Of a stretch of DNA of 64,000 bases, positions 9,901-21,635 are shown in pieces. Position numbers and translations under genes: made by a program. Position 1 is the first letter of the stretch, and the number at the start of each line of letters is the position of its first letter. This stretch comes from Chrysemys picta bellii (taxonomy: Eukaryota): contig NC_088807.1 of NCBI RefSeq assembly GCF_011386835.1, forward strand, positions 24,986,001 to 25,050,000, in the 5' to 3' direction. The notes beneath the pieces were generated by a model, which was not told the DNA's origin, searched no databases, and worked only from the letters and a program-made list of their open reading frames with translations.

Positions 9901-10199
9901 GGCCTTTCTCTGGCCTGTGATGGGGGGGTCCCAGTAGATGATCCCAGTGTGGGATCGATAGATGATCTTGAAACTCTCCCAACTCCAAAGAATCCAGGGC
10001 TGTCCTAGGGTCTGGGATCTATGGGTTGGTTCAGATTGGATGATCCCAATGGGCTCTTCTGGCTTTGGTATCTATGTTAACAGCAGGTGGTGAGGATGGC
10101 CAACGCTCCAGGATTGCCCCGGAGTCTCCACTAATTAAAGATGGATCTTTAATTAAAGATGATGTCATGTGATGAAACCTCCAGGAATACGGCCAACCA

Positions 10200-10945
10200 A
10201 AATGTACAACCCTATAGGTGGCATGTTTTCGATGAGCTACCTCGCTTCATGGACACACGTAGCTTGATCTTGTGGGAGTCATTCCCCCGCCACATGGGGC
10301 TGGATTTACTCCCCCTCCCGCACCACATGGGGCTGGATTTACTCCCCCTCCCCCGCCACATGGGGCTGGATTTACTCCCCCTCCCGCACCCCATGGGGCT
10401 GGATTTACTCCCCCTCCCCCACCACATAGGGCTGGATTTACTCCCCCTCCCGCACCCCATGGGGCTGGATTTACTCCCCGTCCCCCTCTCTATCTGCAGG
10501 GGAGGGTAACAAGCAACTACTACTCTAGGCCTCCGGATTTGGGATTTTTAACCCCCCAGATCTAAAAGGAGACAATCACGTGAGGGGAGGGGGCTTTTAT
10601 TGTAAATTTCCTGTCAGAGAAAATAAATCCAATGGCCTCCCCCCGATATTAAAAGAACTCCCCCCCATCAAAATGGTTCCTTCCAGGGAAGATAAAAGCA
10701 CCAAAGTTCACAATGACCAGGATGAACCATTTCATTATGGGGGAGAGGGGGAATATCCACAGCTCAAATTTAATACATTTTCCTTGGTCTCTGGGGAAAA
10801 AAATTACAATTTTTGCAGCACAGATGGTGCCAGCCAAAATGAGAATGGAACCTTCCAAAGTGGCAGTTATGGCAGTTGGCCAGGCTCCTCCGCCCAGGGA
10901 GAATGGGACCTTCCAAAGTGGCAGTTATGGCCTCTGACCAGGCCC
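10200..10945. repeat. Unclassified interspersed element containing a 33-bp minisatellite (10287-10485) and ccttccaaagtggcagttatgg repeats
   Basis: About 6 copies of atggggctggatttactccccctcccgcaccac; related to 22245-23440 and 39705-40830. Confidence 0.6.
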
Positions 10946-11444
10946 TCCCCCACCCCCAACTGCCCCTCAGATCCCGGGGGGTAGGGGGAGCTGCGCAGCC
11001 CTGACTAGGGGGCACACCCCATCCATGTGTGGTGGGAGTGGGGCTGATGGGATCTGTCTGTCCTTGCTCCATTGGAGCAGGCGGGGGGATTTAGGGGGCA
11101 GCTAGGGGGAGGGGATTCCCCCCTTCAACAGGACAATGGAGCACAATCGTCCCCTGGGGCCTGCCGTTTAAACCTCATTCATTCATCAATTGTGGGAAAT
11201 GGGTTCTTCCCCGCGGGTGTCGCTCCCACCCCTGTCCCTGAGAAAGCAGCCTGGGAGAGGGGAGAATCACTGGGTTTACTAGGGACAAAATGGCCGCCAT
11301 GATTAATGACCCCACAATTCAACACCAAGGAAACTCATTGACAGGGATGAAGATCAGCCCGTTCCCAGCCTCAGAGCATGGCACTGCTTGGGCCAGAGCA
11401 GGATCCTTGGCCTGAATCTTCGCTGGCTCCTCCTGTCCCGCACC

Positions 11445-12064
11445 TCTTTCTTTTAGAAATAGTTCATAGGTTATAGTTCAATGTCCATATTCAGGGTGAC
11501 ACCAATCAGTGACTGGGGATCTCAATTCTTATGGTTTAAGGTTTCCCCTTCTTGAAACCCAAAGCAGATCTGAGATGAAGAAGGATCATGTCCCAGGGTT
11601 TTTATACATAACAACAGCCTCTTGGCCTGAGAAAACAATAGGCTTAACTTGCTGTCTTCCAAACATCCTGGCAATTAGCACAGGATAATTTATCCATTAA
11701 ACAGTTCAGATACAGGTTACCACAACCTTCAAAGAGACAAATAGACAATAATACTATTTCACTCAAGTGTCTTCCTAAATGTTAATACTCCTTTTTTGAT
11801 CTTTGAATCAAAGCCATAAACATAAGAACATAAGGGTAATAGTAATAGACAAGACTTGTTAGCTTACATCACAAGACCTGAGCAAACATCTACCCTTCTA
11901 TCTCTAACAATGCAGGCTGCATTTCAAAGCTCTATTCATTTACAGATCTTCCTAACAAGTCTTTAAAGTTTAGCCATGGATCAGGTCAGTCGGAGAGTTA
12001 ATTAATCCTTTCTGGCCCTGTGTCACCTTTCAATGAGATATTATATTACACTCATAATGTCACA
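11445..12064 (-). mobile_element. LTR fragment (ERV/Gypsy-like)
   Basis: Minus strand starts TGTGAC at 12064 and truncates an OR reading frame. Confidence 0.6.
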
Positions 12065-12215
12065 AGGAGTCAGAGCGGATCAGCAGGGCAATGCGCAGGT
12101 TCCCTAGCAGCATCAGCAGGCACATGGAGAGGAAGAGGAGGTGCCAAAGCTCCGGCCGGTCTGAGAGACCCAGCAGCATGAACCCGGAGACGCTGGTCTG
12201 GTTCCCCTGCTTCAT
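12065..12215 (-). pseudogene. OR 5' fragment (family 1-like), first ~50 codons only
   Basis: MKQGNQTSVSGFMLLGLSDRPEL...LLGNLRIALLIRSDS; acceptor ctctctgcAG 14 nt upstream of the ATG; cut by the LTR. Confidence 0.8.
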
Positions 12216-12964
12216 GGCTCCGAGGTCCCTGCAGAGAGGAGATTTGAGCCATGAAATGGAATGCTCAGTTGGGAATGGGCTGCAAGGGCGATGGAGACCC
12301 ACGATGAACCGAGCCAATGGTCACACGTTCTACACCCAGAAGGGGACAGTTCTGACCCATCTCGCCTCATGTCCTGCACGCTCCAGGCCTGACGCCCGGA
12401 GCCCTTCCTACATCCAGCCAAGAGCTGCGGTGTGAACTAAAGTTTCTTTCTTAGAAAGAGACTTCCAGTCTCAATGTGATGGACTCCACGTGATGGAGAA
12501 GTCACCACGCCCCTCGGCAAGCTGTTCCTATGGTTAACCCCCCCCCCCCTTAAATATTGGCAAATTATTACCCAAGAGACAGTCAGAAAGGGGGAGTTTC
12601 TTTCTAAGAAAAGCTCTCCAGCTAAAGAGACAGGGAACAAGGGATGTTGTTAAAATGAAAACTTTACTTAAGTAACTCTAAAGAACCCTGTCAATGCCAA
12701 CTACCAAGAGTTCACAAACTCAGATAACTCCCAAGAGGCCCGTCAAACTCCTTACACCTAACACACTGCTTTCATAGCATTTATCCATCAATAATGTCAT
12801 GTGAGAACTTCAGTAAAAGCTGGGCTCATGGTGGTCATACCAGCATATCTACATACAGAGGCCATGTAAAAAGTGAAATGCCTATAATGAAAAACAGTCT
12901 GAAGTGCAAAAGGGTTGACAAACACGTCTGGTCTGCCTCGGTCTCTAGCCGACCTGGAGCCTCT

Positions 12965-13115
12965 GTGTCTTGCTAGATTTGAGCTCCAGGGATGGGATTT
13001 ATCCCCTGGGTGGACTCGCTGATAGGGGATAAGCTTCAAGCATGGACTGAATCCTTTCCCACACTCAGCACATTGATAGGGTCTCTTTCGTGCATGGATT
13101 CTCTGATGCATGATA
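12965..13115 (-). pseudogene. Degenerate C2H2 zinc-finger remnant
   Basis: [20 protein letters not shown]...QRVHPGDK, a decayed HTGEKPY linker pattern. Confidence 0.8.
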
Positions 13116-13153
13116 GGGGGTAGCCTTATCTATAGTCATGGGTTACTTTAACT

Positions 13154-13755
13154 CAGTGGTTCTCAAACTTATTTGATCGGGTCCCCCCTTCTCTGTGTCT
13201 GTAGTCGTTTACCCACTTCCCCCAAGTATATATACCACTACCCAGCTCTGAAGACAGAGCGGAGAGCAGCGGCTGCTGGTCAGGTGCCGAGCTCTAAAGG
13301 CAGCGCCGCTGCCAGCAGCAACGCAGAAGTAAGGGAGGCCATGTGAAAAGTTATATTTGTCAGTATCACTTTTTACAGCAGACTTAGTGCCGATGGCCAC
13401 CCTTACTTCTGTGCTGTTGCTGCCACCCTGGGGCTGACAGCCAGCTGAGGAGGGAAGGAGAGCCCAAGCCTGTGCTGCCTCCCAGTGGGGAGGGGGGAAG
13501 GAGACCCTGAGCCCAAGCCACCTCCCGGTGAAGGATTGGCTGGGGGTGGGGGGGAGCCCAAGCCCTGGTGGTGGGGTTCCAGCTGTCGCCTTTATCCTGC
13601 CTCTTGGGTGTGCATGGCCCTTCTGCACGAGCTCCAGCCACCCGGGGCTGACAGCCAGAGCTCTTCAAATAAAAAAAAGGCACACAGCTCACGCCTCCCT
13701 TGCCACACTCCCAGACCTCCCTCGGTAGGCCCGTCCCAGAGTTTGAGAACTGCTG
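13154..13755. mobile_element. hAT-type non-autonomous element
   Basis: TIRs CAGTGGTTCTCAAAC / GTTTGAGAACTGCTG; 8-bp TSD CTTTAACT (13146-13153, 13756-13763). Only its right part is present in the second duplicate (34236-34636). Confidence 0.85.
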
Positions 13756-14264
13756 CTTTAACTAATCACCCACCCCCAGGTGAGGGTTTGCACCTACTTT
13801 AATCTGTGAGCGTTCAGCTCCAAGCTTCACTACAGTAGAGAGAGTATCGATAGTCCACGGCGGGCTTTCTGTAATCAGGAGTTTTATCAGCCAACCAAAC
13901 CACAATAGGCACACTGCAGTGGAGTATCTCGCCTTTGCATTCTGCACGCCATTCCTTGCAGAAAAGCCCAAAGTGTCTCATCCTCCTCATCTTCATCCTC
14001 ACCATCATCATCACCAGTGGTCGTCATCCTGGTGTCTCCCAAGGCACGCAGGCCGGAACACCACTTTGCAGATTGCTGCTGGCCCCCTGAGTCTGCAAAA
14101 ATCCCCCAAATACTCTAACTATCTTTAACGGGTACATTGCAATATAAGTTTCCTAAATATCAGCAGCTGAACACTTACTGAATGCAATATTCTACCTTAT
14201 GACATCCTGTGATCTAGGGTCATTGCTATCTTGAGACAATTTATGCTCTAGGGTCACTTATTGG

Positions 14265-14390
14265 CCGTGCTTAATTTGTAATGAAAGAGGTGCCGGGGCT
14301 CAAGCAATTTTTTTACATTAATAACTGATGCACAAAGTGCAGAGGCACCGGGGCTCAGCTCTGGCAAGCCCTGGCACAAATTATGCCCTG
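14265..14390. mobile_element. hAT-type MITE
   Basis: ccgtgcttaatttgt / acaaattatgccctg ends; 8-bp TSD cttattgg/cttactgg; copy at 35321-35446. Confidence 0.7.
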
Positions 14391-14619
14391 CTTACTGGGT
14401 AGTGGCTTATGTCACGTCTTTAGGCTCTAAGACTTGTTTCTCTAAGCTAAATATCTTACAAACCTAAGGCCTGTAGGCCCTGTGTTACAGTATGAATTAA
14501 TACTTGTATTTCACCTCTATGCCCTAAATACACCTGATGTCTTTTCTCCTTGGCTACCAAGGTCTGACATCGCCCACATTCAGGGGATTGTTGGGGTCTC
14601 TCTTCATGGAGGATGGGTT

Positions 14620-14830
14620 CATCATTGACTATTAGCCAAGATAGTTAGGGATGCAAGGCCATGCTCCAGGTGTCCCTAAACCTCTGACGGCCAGAAGCTG
14701 GGACTGGATGACAAGGAATGGATCACTTGATAATTTCCCTTTTCTCTTCATTCCCTCTGAAGCATCTGGCACTGGCCACTGTTGGAAGACAGGAAACTGG
14801 GCTAGATGGACCATTGGTCTGACCAGGTGC
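14620..14830 (+). mobile_element. CR1 3' UTR fragment
   Basis: ttcattccctctgaagcatctggcactggccactg...gatggaccattggtctgacc; copy at about 35676-35886. Confidence 0.75.
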
Positions 14831-15204
14831 AGTGGAAATTCCCTAAAAGTGTGAGGGCCACTGGTGACTGACCCGTCACTCTGCCCCTGCACCGCCCCTT
14901 CTCGCTGAGGCCCCACCCCGTCATCCCAAGGCCCCGCCCTGATGCCACCCATTGCCCCCGAGGACCCGCCCTCACACCTTCCTTTTCCCCAAGACCCCAC
15001 CCTCACATCACTCCTTCCCCTGAGAACCCACTCCCATGCCACCTCTTCTCCCCAAAACCCCACCTCCTGCTCACTCTTCTTTGCCCCCTCTTCCCCCGTT
15101 GCTCGCCCTTACTTTGGGTAAAAAGTGACGGGGCCATGTCTCCCAGGTGTCTCCTGTTCCAGTGCCCCAGGGTCTGAACCAGTATGGTTTTCCTTAAGTT
15201 CTTA

Positions 15205-15860
15205 TGTTCCTCTGTGGACTCTCTGATGGGTGATGAAGTCTGACCTCTCCCAGGATCCTCTCCCACACTCATCACACTGATAGGGTCTCCTCCGTGGATT
15301 CTCAGGTACTTAGTGGGCGTTGAATTCCCACCAGCTCTTTTCCCACATTCACGACGCTCAGGGGCGCGCCCCTGAGTTGATTCTCTGATGGACACTAAGC
15401 TTTGAGCTCCCATTGAATCCTCTCCCACATTCAGGACATCTATAGGGTTTCTCTCCTGGTGAATCCTTTGGTATGTAATCAAGTCTGAGCTCCAGTCAAA
15501 CCTTTCCCCACATTTAGGACACTGACAGGGTCTTTCTCCGTCTCCTGCCTGAACCCTCTGCTGTTTCTGGGCTCTAATTTAAGCTTTTCTGACCCTCCGT
15601 GCTGGGGCCAGGTTTAAGTCACAAGAGGATTTTGAGGATTTCTCACTCTTCTGTTTTGGGGAGTAGATTTACTTCCGCTCCTTTTTTGGGGGACCACTCT
15701 GCTGCCTTTCTGAGCTGGGCTGTCTCTTGCTGTCTCTCCTGCCATCTGAGGTATGGGAAACCAGAGTAGGCCTTGGCAGTATGGTAACACACCCGGTATT
15801 GGCTTGGCTAACCAAGTAAGCCTGTTCCTGACCGGAGAGGATGGTACAAAACCACCCAGA
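15205..15860 (-). pseudogene. C2H2 zinc-finger gene exon remnant (linker plus ~4 fingers)
   Basis: With frameshifts reads [63 protein letters not shown]; another linker remnant near 14560-14620. Confidence 0.85.
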
Positions 15861-15897
15861 GTTCTCAAGTAAATATGTATACAAATTCCCAAGAGAT

Positions 15898-16261
15898 TGT
15901 ACAGGAATACACCGATCCCTCGTAAGATAAGGATGGGATGGCAGGATAATGGAATGAGCATGGTTTATTTTGAACTAGTAGGTACAAGGTATAAGGGTGG
16001 TAACGAATAACACCTGGAGTGTAATACATAACTCGTTTGTACTGATGTATAAAAGGAGAAGACATAGGAGCGGCATCTTTGTAGCAGCCAAGGGGACAAC
16101 ATCTTGTTATGTTGACCAAGCCTTTACTTTGTTGTGGACATACATATGTTAGTGTCCCTGTGCCAGGGCACTGGACAGGCTCGGACTGTGCTTTGCTGAC
16201 AATAAACCTGGCCGAGCGACTTTGCCACCAACTCGAGCCTGTGGTTTCTTTAGGAATAACA
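15898..16261 (+). mobile_element. Solo LTR (ERV-like)
   Basis: TG...AATAACA, TATAAAA 16048, AATAAA 16201; copy at 36953-37315; TSD not resolved. Confidence 0.6.
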
Positions 16262-16394
16262 TTGAGGTCTGCAGAACCGTCACACAGCACTCTCTGCTAA
16301 TCCAGGTAACACCGGAGCTCCGAGAATAGCAGCACTGGCAGCCTTACCAACTCTGCAGCACCACCAACGCTCCGTAGCATGAACCACACTTGTC

Positions 16395-16592
16395 TTTATG
16401 GAATGTTGTCTTGTTGATTTCAGACCAGTTCTCCAATTTGGCGAGGTCGTTTTGAATCCTAATCCTGTCCTTGAAAGTGCTTGCAACCCCTCCCAACTTT
16501 GGGTCACCTGCACATTTTATAAGTATCAGCTCCAGTCCGTTATCCAAGTCATTAATGAACATATTGGATAGGTCTGAACCCAGGACTGACCC
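16395..16592 (-). mobile_element. CR1 RT fragment
   Basis: GSVLG..FINDLDNG..IKCAGDPKLGG (decayed FADD); copy at about 37449-37646. Confidence 0.8.
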
Positions 16593-16599
16593 CACTAGA

Positions 16600-18052
16600 G
16601 ACTATGAGCCGCCAATGTGATGCGGCCATGAAAAAGGCTAATGCAGTCCTAATGCATCAGGCAAGATATTTCTACTAGAGACAAGGGAGTGTTAGTACCG
16701 TTATACAAGGCACTGTATATACTGGAATACTGTGTGCAGTGCTGGGCTCCCATGTTCATGAAAGACTAACTCAAAGTGGAACAGGTGCAGAGAAGGGCTA
16801 CTAGGATGATCCGAGGAATGGAAAACCTATCCTATGAGAGGAGACTCAAAGAGCTTGGCTTGTTTAGCTTAACCAAACGAAGGCTGGGGGGAGATGCGAT
16901 TGCTCTCTATAAATACATCAGAGGGATAAATACCAGGGAGGGAAAGTTGCTATTTCAGTTAAGCACCAATGTGGGCACAAGAACAAATGGATATAAATTG
17001 GCCATCAACAAGTTTAGGCTTGAAATTAGATGAAGGTTTCTAACCATCAGAGGAGTGAAGTTCCGGAACAGTGGGGGCAAAAAAGTGAACTGGCTTCAAG
17101 ACTGAGCTTGATACGTTTATGGATAAGATGGTACAATGAGACTGTCTATGATGGCATGGAGCCCATCTGCAACTGCTTGAAGAAAACTTGTCCAATGGCT
17201 GGTGATGGGACACTAGATGGCGAGGGCTCTGAGTTACCACAGCAAATTCTTTCCCAGGTGTCTGGCTTGTGGATCTTTCCCACATGCTCAGGGTCTAACT
17301 GCTCACTGTATTTGGGGTTAGGAAGGAATATTCCCCTGGGCCAGATTGGCAGAAACCCTGAGGGTTTTCGCCTTCCTCTGCAGTGTGGGTCATGGGTCAC
17401 TTGCAGGTTTAAACTAGTGTAAATGGTGGATTCTCTGTAACTTGAAGTCTTTAAATCATGATTTGAGGATGTCAGTGACTCAGCCAGAGGTTAGGGGTCT
17501 ATTACAGGAGTGGGTGTGTCACGGAGTGTGTGGGAGTCAGGGCCCTGCACCCCCACTTCCTGCAATTCACTGTGACTCTCAGCCAGCTAGTAAAATGGAA
17601 GGTTTATTGGACGACAGAAACACAGTCCCAAACAGAGCTTGTAGGTACAACCAGGACCCCTCAGTCAAGTCCTTCTGGGGGGCAGGGAGCTTAGACCCCA
17701 GTCCTGGGGTTCCCTTCGTTTCCCCAGCCAGCTCCAAACTGAAACCCCCTCCAGCTGTCCCTCCCAGCCTCCCCCCAGCTCCTCCTCCAGCCTTTGTCCA
17801 GTTTCCCTGGCAGAAGGTGTCACCTGGCCCCAACCCCCCTCCTGGGTTCAGGTTACATGCTCAGGTATCATCCCACAAGTGAAGTCACACTCTGGTTGCC
17901 CATCACCAATGCAGACTGTCCCAGCAAAACTCCCCGGTCAATCCGCCCCACTCCCTGCGCCGTCACAGGGTGAGGTTCTGTGGCCCGCGAAGTGCAGGAG
18001 GTCAGACTAGATGGTCATGATGGTCCCTTCTGACCTTAAAGTCTATGAGTCT
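16600..18052 (+). mobile_element. CR1 3' part, interrupted by a solo LTR
   Basis: EQVQRRATRMIRGMENLSYERRL, 3' UTR and gtctatgagtct tail; copy at about 37654-39096. Confidence 0.88.
17517..17967 (-). mobile_element. Solo LTR of the Gypsy family below, shared by both duplicates
   Basis: TGTCACGGAG...CGTCACA termini, 5-bp TSD GGGTG; copy at 38571-39021. Confidence 0.9.
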
Positions 18053-18630
18053 TGATACGCCCTCTGTCACGGAGTATTGGGGGACTCAGGGCCCTGCACC
18101 CCCGGCTTCCTGCGATTCACCATGACTCTCAGCCAGCCAGTAAAGCAGAAGGTTTATTTGGATGACAGGAATACAGTCCAAGACAGGTCTTGCAGGCACA
18201 GACAACAGGACCCCCTCAGTTAAGTCCAGCTTGGGGTCCCAGGGCATCCCAGCCCGCCCCCCTTCGGGGGGGGGGGTCAGAGCCATCTCTGTCTCCCAGC
18301 CATCTCTCCAGCCGGCTTCCAGCACACTGCCTTCAGCGACCCCTCCCACAGCCTTTGTTCAGTTTCCCGGGCTAAGGAGTCACCTGGCCTTCAACCCCTT
18401 CCTGGGTTCTCATGTTACACTCCCAGGAATGCGCCCCCGGGCCGATCCCATCCTCCAATGCAGACTATCCCAGCACACTCCCCTGTCAGCATCCACAGAC
18501 CACAGTGAGAACAGGCCCAGTTCGTCACATCTCTCCCCCCTTCGAGACCGAACTGAGCAGGGTCACTGTAGCCAGTGACCCGGGGAAGTTCGAACCTACC
18601 CCCGTTCCCATGGATGCCCCCGCATCCCTC

Positions 18631-21330
18631 TCATTCCTTGGTGAGAATTACACCAAGCCCCTCCAGTTTCACGCCCCCCCTTAGGTTGGGGTGCTTGATG
18701 GCACTCGCAGTTCGCATGTGGGAAGGTTTATGCGGCCTGTGCCCTTTTCCCACCCCCATACCTCTGGGGCTCCAACTGGGCTGTGGTCTTCTCCCAGCGC
18801 TCCAGTCTGGAGGTCTGTGCTTTGGGCTCTCTTGGTTCAGAGCCGCCCTTTTTACCTTGGCCACCCTCCGGAAAGGCTCCTCTATGCTGGGCAAGGGTCC
18901 TAAAGCTGTTTTCCCCTTGTCCCAGGCCTTCCTCCCCCTCTGACAGGGGTCACAGGATCCGCAGTACTGTCGGACAGTAACAAAGACCCCAGGCCAGTAA
19001 AAGCTCCGTAGCAGCCTCTGCTGGGTACGCCAGGTTCCCTGGTGCCCTGAGAGGGGAATGTCATGGGCCTGGTACAGCAGCTGGCGGCGATACTTCTGGG
19101 GTACCACCAGCTGCCTCCTGATCCCCCCTGACTCCATTTTCCCTGGGGGAGCCCATTCTCGGTACAGGAACCCCTTCTCCCACAGGAACCTTTTCCGGCC
19201 ACCTCGTCCCATGGTCTGTACCGCATTGAGGTCGGCCAGGTCCCTTATCTTCCGCAAGGAGGGATCTCTCTGTAACTCGGCCTGGAACTCAGCAGCTGGG
19301 ACAGGGATGGCCACCTGCTCTTTCTCGCCCGCTGGGTCCGAAGCTGCAGCCTCCCTGAGCCGTGTCCCTGGGCGTTCCCTCCCCACCAGGTTAGGGTCCT
19401 GCGCCTCAGGCAAGGCACCCCCCTCAAGGCCAGGGCGCAGTGCCCCTCGCCGGCTCTGACTGCGGGTCACAACTAAGGCGGTCTGGGGGCTGCTTGGCCA
19501 GTCCTCTAGGTCCCCCCCCATCAACACCTCAGTGGGCAAATGGTGGTGCACTCCCACGTCCTTGGGGCCCTCCTTGGCCCCCCATTTCAGGTGTACCCTC
19601 GCTACGGGAACCTTGAATGGGGTCCCGCCCACCCCGGTCAGGGTCAGGAAGGTGTTGGGCACCACCCGATCTGGGGCCACCACCTCGGGCCGGGCCAGTG
19701 TCACCTCTGCGCCCGTGTCCCAGTATCCATAAACTTTCTTCCCATCCACCTCCAGGGGAACAAGGCACTCGCTCCGCAGGGACAGCCCCGCGCCAACCCT
19801 GTAAACGGAGAACTTTGAATCCGGAGCATCTGGCCCCCCAGAGAAGCTGGCCTGGGGCCCTTCTCTTTCTTGAGCAGTTGATAAGCTGCCAGCCCCTCTT
19901 GCGTGAGAAGCCTGCCCCTCGTCCGTCTGGGCCTCTACCAAGTTAACCCGGTGCGGGTTCGGTCTGCTCAGTCTGTCCTTGAGCTTGGGGCACTGGGCCC
20001 GAACGTGGCCTCTTCGGCCGCAGTAATAGCAGCTCAGGTCCCGTGGGTCCCCTCGAGCCGGTCGGTTGTCCCTGATGCTGGGCATTTCCCGGGGGAGGGG
20101 ATTCCCAATATTCCCCCTTTGGGAGGTCCCAGGGTGACTCTCTCTCTGCATCGCGGCGGGCCTGTTCCTTTGGGGCTCCTCCCTGCCACCCCCTGACCGG
20201 CTCTTTACAAACTCATCAGCCAGCTGCCCGGCGTGTCGCGGGTTCTCTGGCTTTCTGTCCACCAACCACAGCCTCAGGTCGGATGGGCACCGCTCATACA
20301 GTTGCTCCAGTACCAGCAGTTTAATCAGGTCCTCCTTCGTCTGGGCCCCACCAGCCCACTTGCTGGCGTATCTTTCCATGCGGGCGGCTAGTTGCAGATA
20401 TGAGATCTCAGGGGTTTTATCCTGACTCCGGAACCTTTCCCGGTACATCTCAGGAGTCAGCCCAAACTCTCGTAGCAGGGCCTTTTTGAATAGTTCGTAG
20501 TCCCCTTTCTCTGCCTCTCCCAGTTGGCGGTACAATGCCACGGATTTGGGGTCCAGTAAGGGGGTAAGGACCCGGAGTCTGTCCGCGGGATCAACCCGGT
20601 GCAGCTCGCAGGCCGTCTCAAAGGCCTCCAGGAAGTCATCCATGTCCTCCCCCTCCTTGTATGGGGCCATGATGCACTTATCAAAGCTCCGTGCAGTCCT
20701 GGGTCCCCCCTCACTCACCGCAGCCGGGGGTTCGCTGCCCTTCAATCTCGCCAGTTCCAGGTCATGCTGACGCTGTCTCTCATTCTCCTCCCGTTCATGC
20801 TGTCTCTGTCTCTCTTCACGCTGATGCTGTCTCTCTTTCTCCTCCCGTTCATGCTGACGCTGTCTCTCTTCATGCTGTCTCTGTTGTTCACGATCCTCCA
20901 GCTCCCTCAGTTTTAGCTCTTTCTCCCATTCCAGCCAATTCCGCTCCACGGATGCCGAACGTCGCCGGGAGGATCCTCTGCTGGCCGGCGGGCTTCGCCG
21001 GGGGGACCCCCTGCTGGCCGGGGGGGTCACGGCGCCTTCGGTATTTGCTGGGCTCCTCCCCACCCTTCCCCTAGGCATAGGAAGGAGGGGTCTCGGGAAG
21101 CCCTCAGCAGCGGGCTGACCACTCCCAGCTGGGACAGACACTGGTGCCTGCGCTGCATTTGCCAGGCTGCTTCCCTGAGACACAGGGATCAGTTCATTCG
21201 CGCGATCTTCCGCCTCCAGCTGGGCAATGAGCTGTTCTTTGGTGAGCCTCCCAATGCGCAGCCGCCTCTGCTTGCACAGCTCCACCAGGTCGCTCTTAAG
21301 CCGCTTGGCATACATCTTCCTGCTGGCCAC
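18631..21330 (-). CDS. Gag (SCAN-like capsid, CCHC knuckle) - aspartic protease - truncated integrase polyprotein
   Basis: Open 899 codons (GTG start; first ATG at 21315). LVLEQL..CPSDLRLWL SCAN-like region, CYYCGRRGHVRAQC, WDTGA, integrase HHCC (AHDIPLSGHQG...CGSCDPC), cut at PFRRVA before the catalytic core; no RT/RNase H. Confidence 0.92.
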   Translation of the reverse strand: MASRKMYAKRLKSDLVELCKQRRLRIGRLTKEQLIAQLEAEDRANELIPVSQGSSLANAAQAPVSVPAGSGQPAAEGFPRPLLPMPRGRVGRSPANTEGAVTPPASRGSPRRSPPASRGSSRRRSASVERNWLEWEKELKLRELEDREQQRQHEERQRQHEREEKERQHQREERQRQHEREENERQRQHDLELARLKGSEPPAAVSEGGPRTARSFDKCIMAPYKEGEDMDDFLEAFETACELHRVDPADRLRVLTPLLDPKSVALYRQLGEAEKGDYELFKKALLREFGLTPEMYRERFRSQDKTPEISYLQLAARMERYASKWAGGAQTKEDLIKLLVLEQLYERCPSDLRLWLVDRKPENPRHAGQLADEFVKSRSGGGREEPQRNRPAAMQRESHPGTSQRGNIGNPLPREMPSIRDNRPARGDPRDLSCYYCGRRGHVRAQCPKLKDRLSRPNPHRVNLVEAQTDEGQASHARGAGSLSTAQEREGPQASFSGGPDAPDSKFSVYRVGAGLSLRSECLVPLEVDGKKVYGYWDTGAEVTLARPEVVAPDRVVPNTFLTLTGVGGTPFKVPVARVHLKWGAKEGPKDVGVHHHLPTEVLMGGDLEDWPSSPQTALVVTRSQSRRGALRPGLEGGALPEAQDPNLVGRERPGTRLREAAASDPAGEKEQVAIPVPAAEFQAELQRDPSLRKIRDLADLNAVQTMGRGGRKRFLWEKGFLYREWAPPGKMESGGIRRQLVVPQKYRRQLLYQAHDIPLSGHQGTWRTQQRLLRSFYWPGVFVTVRQYCGSCDPCQRGRKAWDKGKTALGPLPSIEEPFRRVAKVKRAALNQESPKHRPPDWSAGRRPQPSWSPRGMGVGKGHRPHKPSHMRTASAIKHPNLRGGVKLEGLGVILTKE

Positions 21331-21635
21331 TCACCGGCCTGTGCGCTCACAGCTCCCCACAGTTCCCAGGGGGACCCCTAGTGTGCCAGCCCTTCTCGAG
21401 GTCACCACCTCTCTGCCAGGGTCGAGCTGCAGACTCCTCCGCCCCTGGGACCACTCGCTGCGATCCCCCCGGGGGACCCTGTTACTGCAAAAGTCCTTCT
21501 CGCTGGTCACACACTCCCAGGGGTAATAACCGTCTCTCTCCCACTCTTCAGCGTGCCTGGTCCCCGTCAATCCCCCTTCGTTTTACTGCTCCCCAGTCAC
21601 TTACTGCAGGAAGCACCGTCCACGGGGTGCAGTAG

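Noticed and set aside
10132-10155. 11-bp-arm hairpin taattaaagat-gg-atctttaatta
   Set aside because: Short and AT-rich with no associated feature; likely a local slippage product.
16395-16700. Opposed CR1 fragments as a twin-priming 5' inversion
   Set aside because: The two pieces appear to come from different CR1 subfamilies and no shared TSD was found.
20200-20700. SCAN-like domain as a domesticated host gene
   Set aside because: It lies inside an element with identical LTRs, PBS, PPT and TSD that is absent from the paralogous site.
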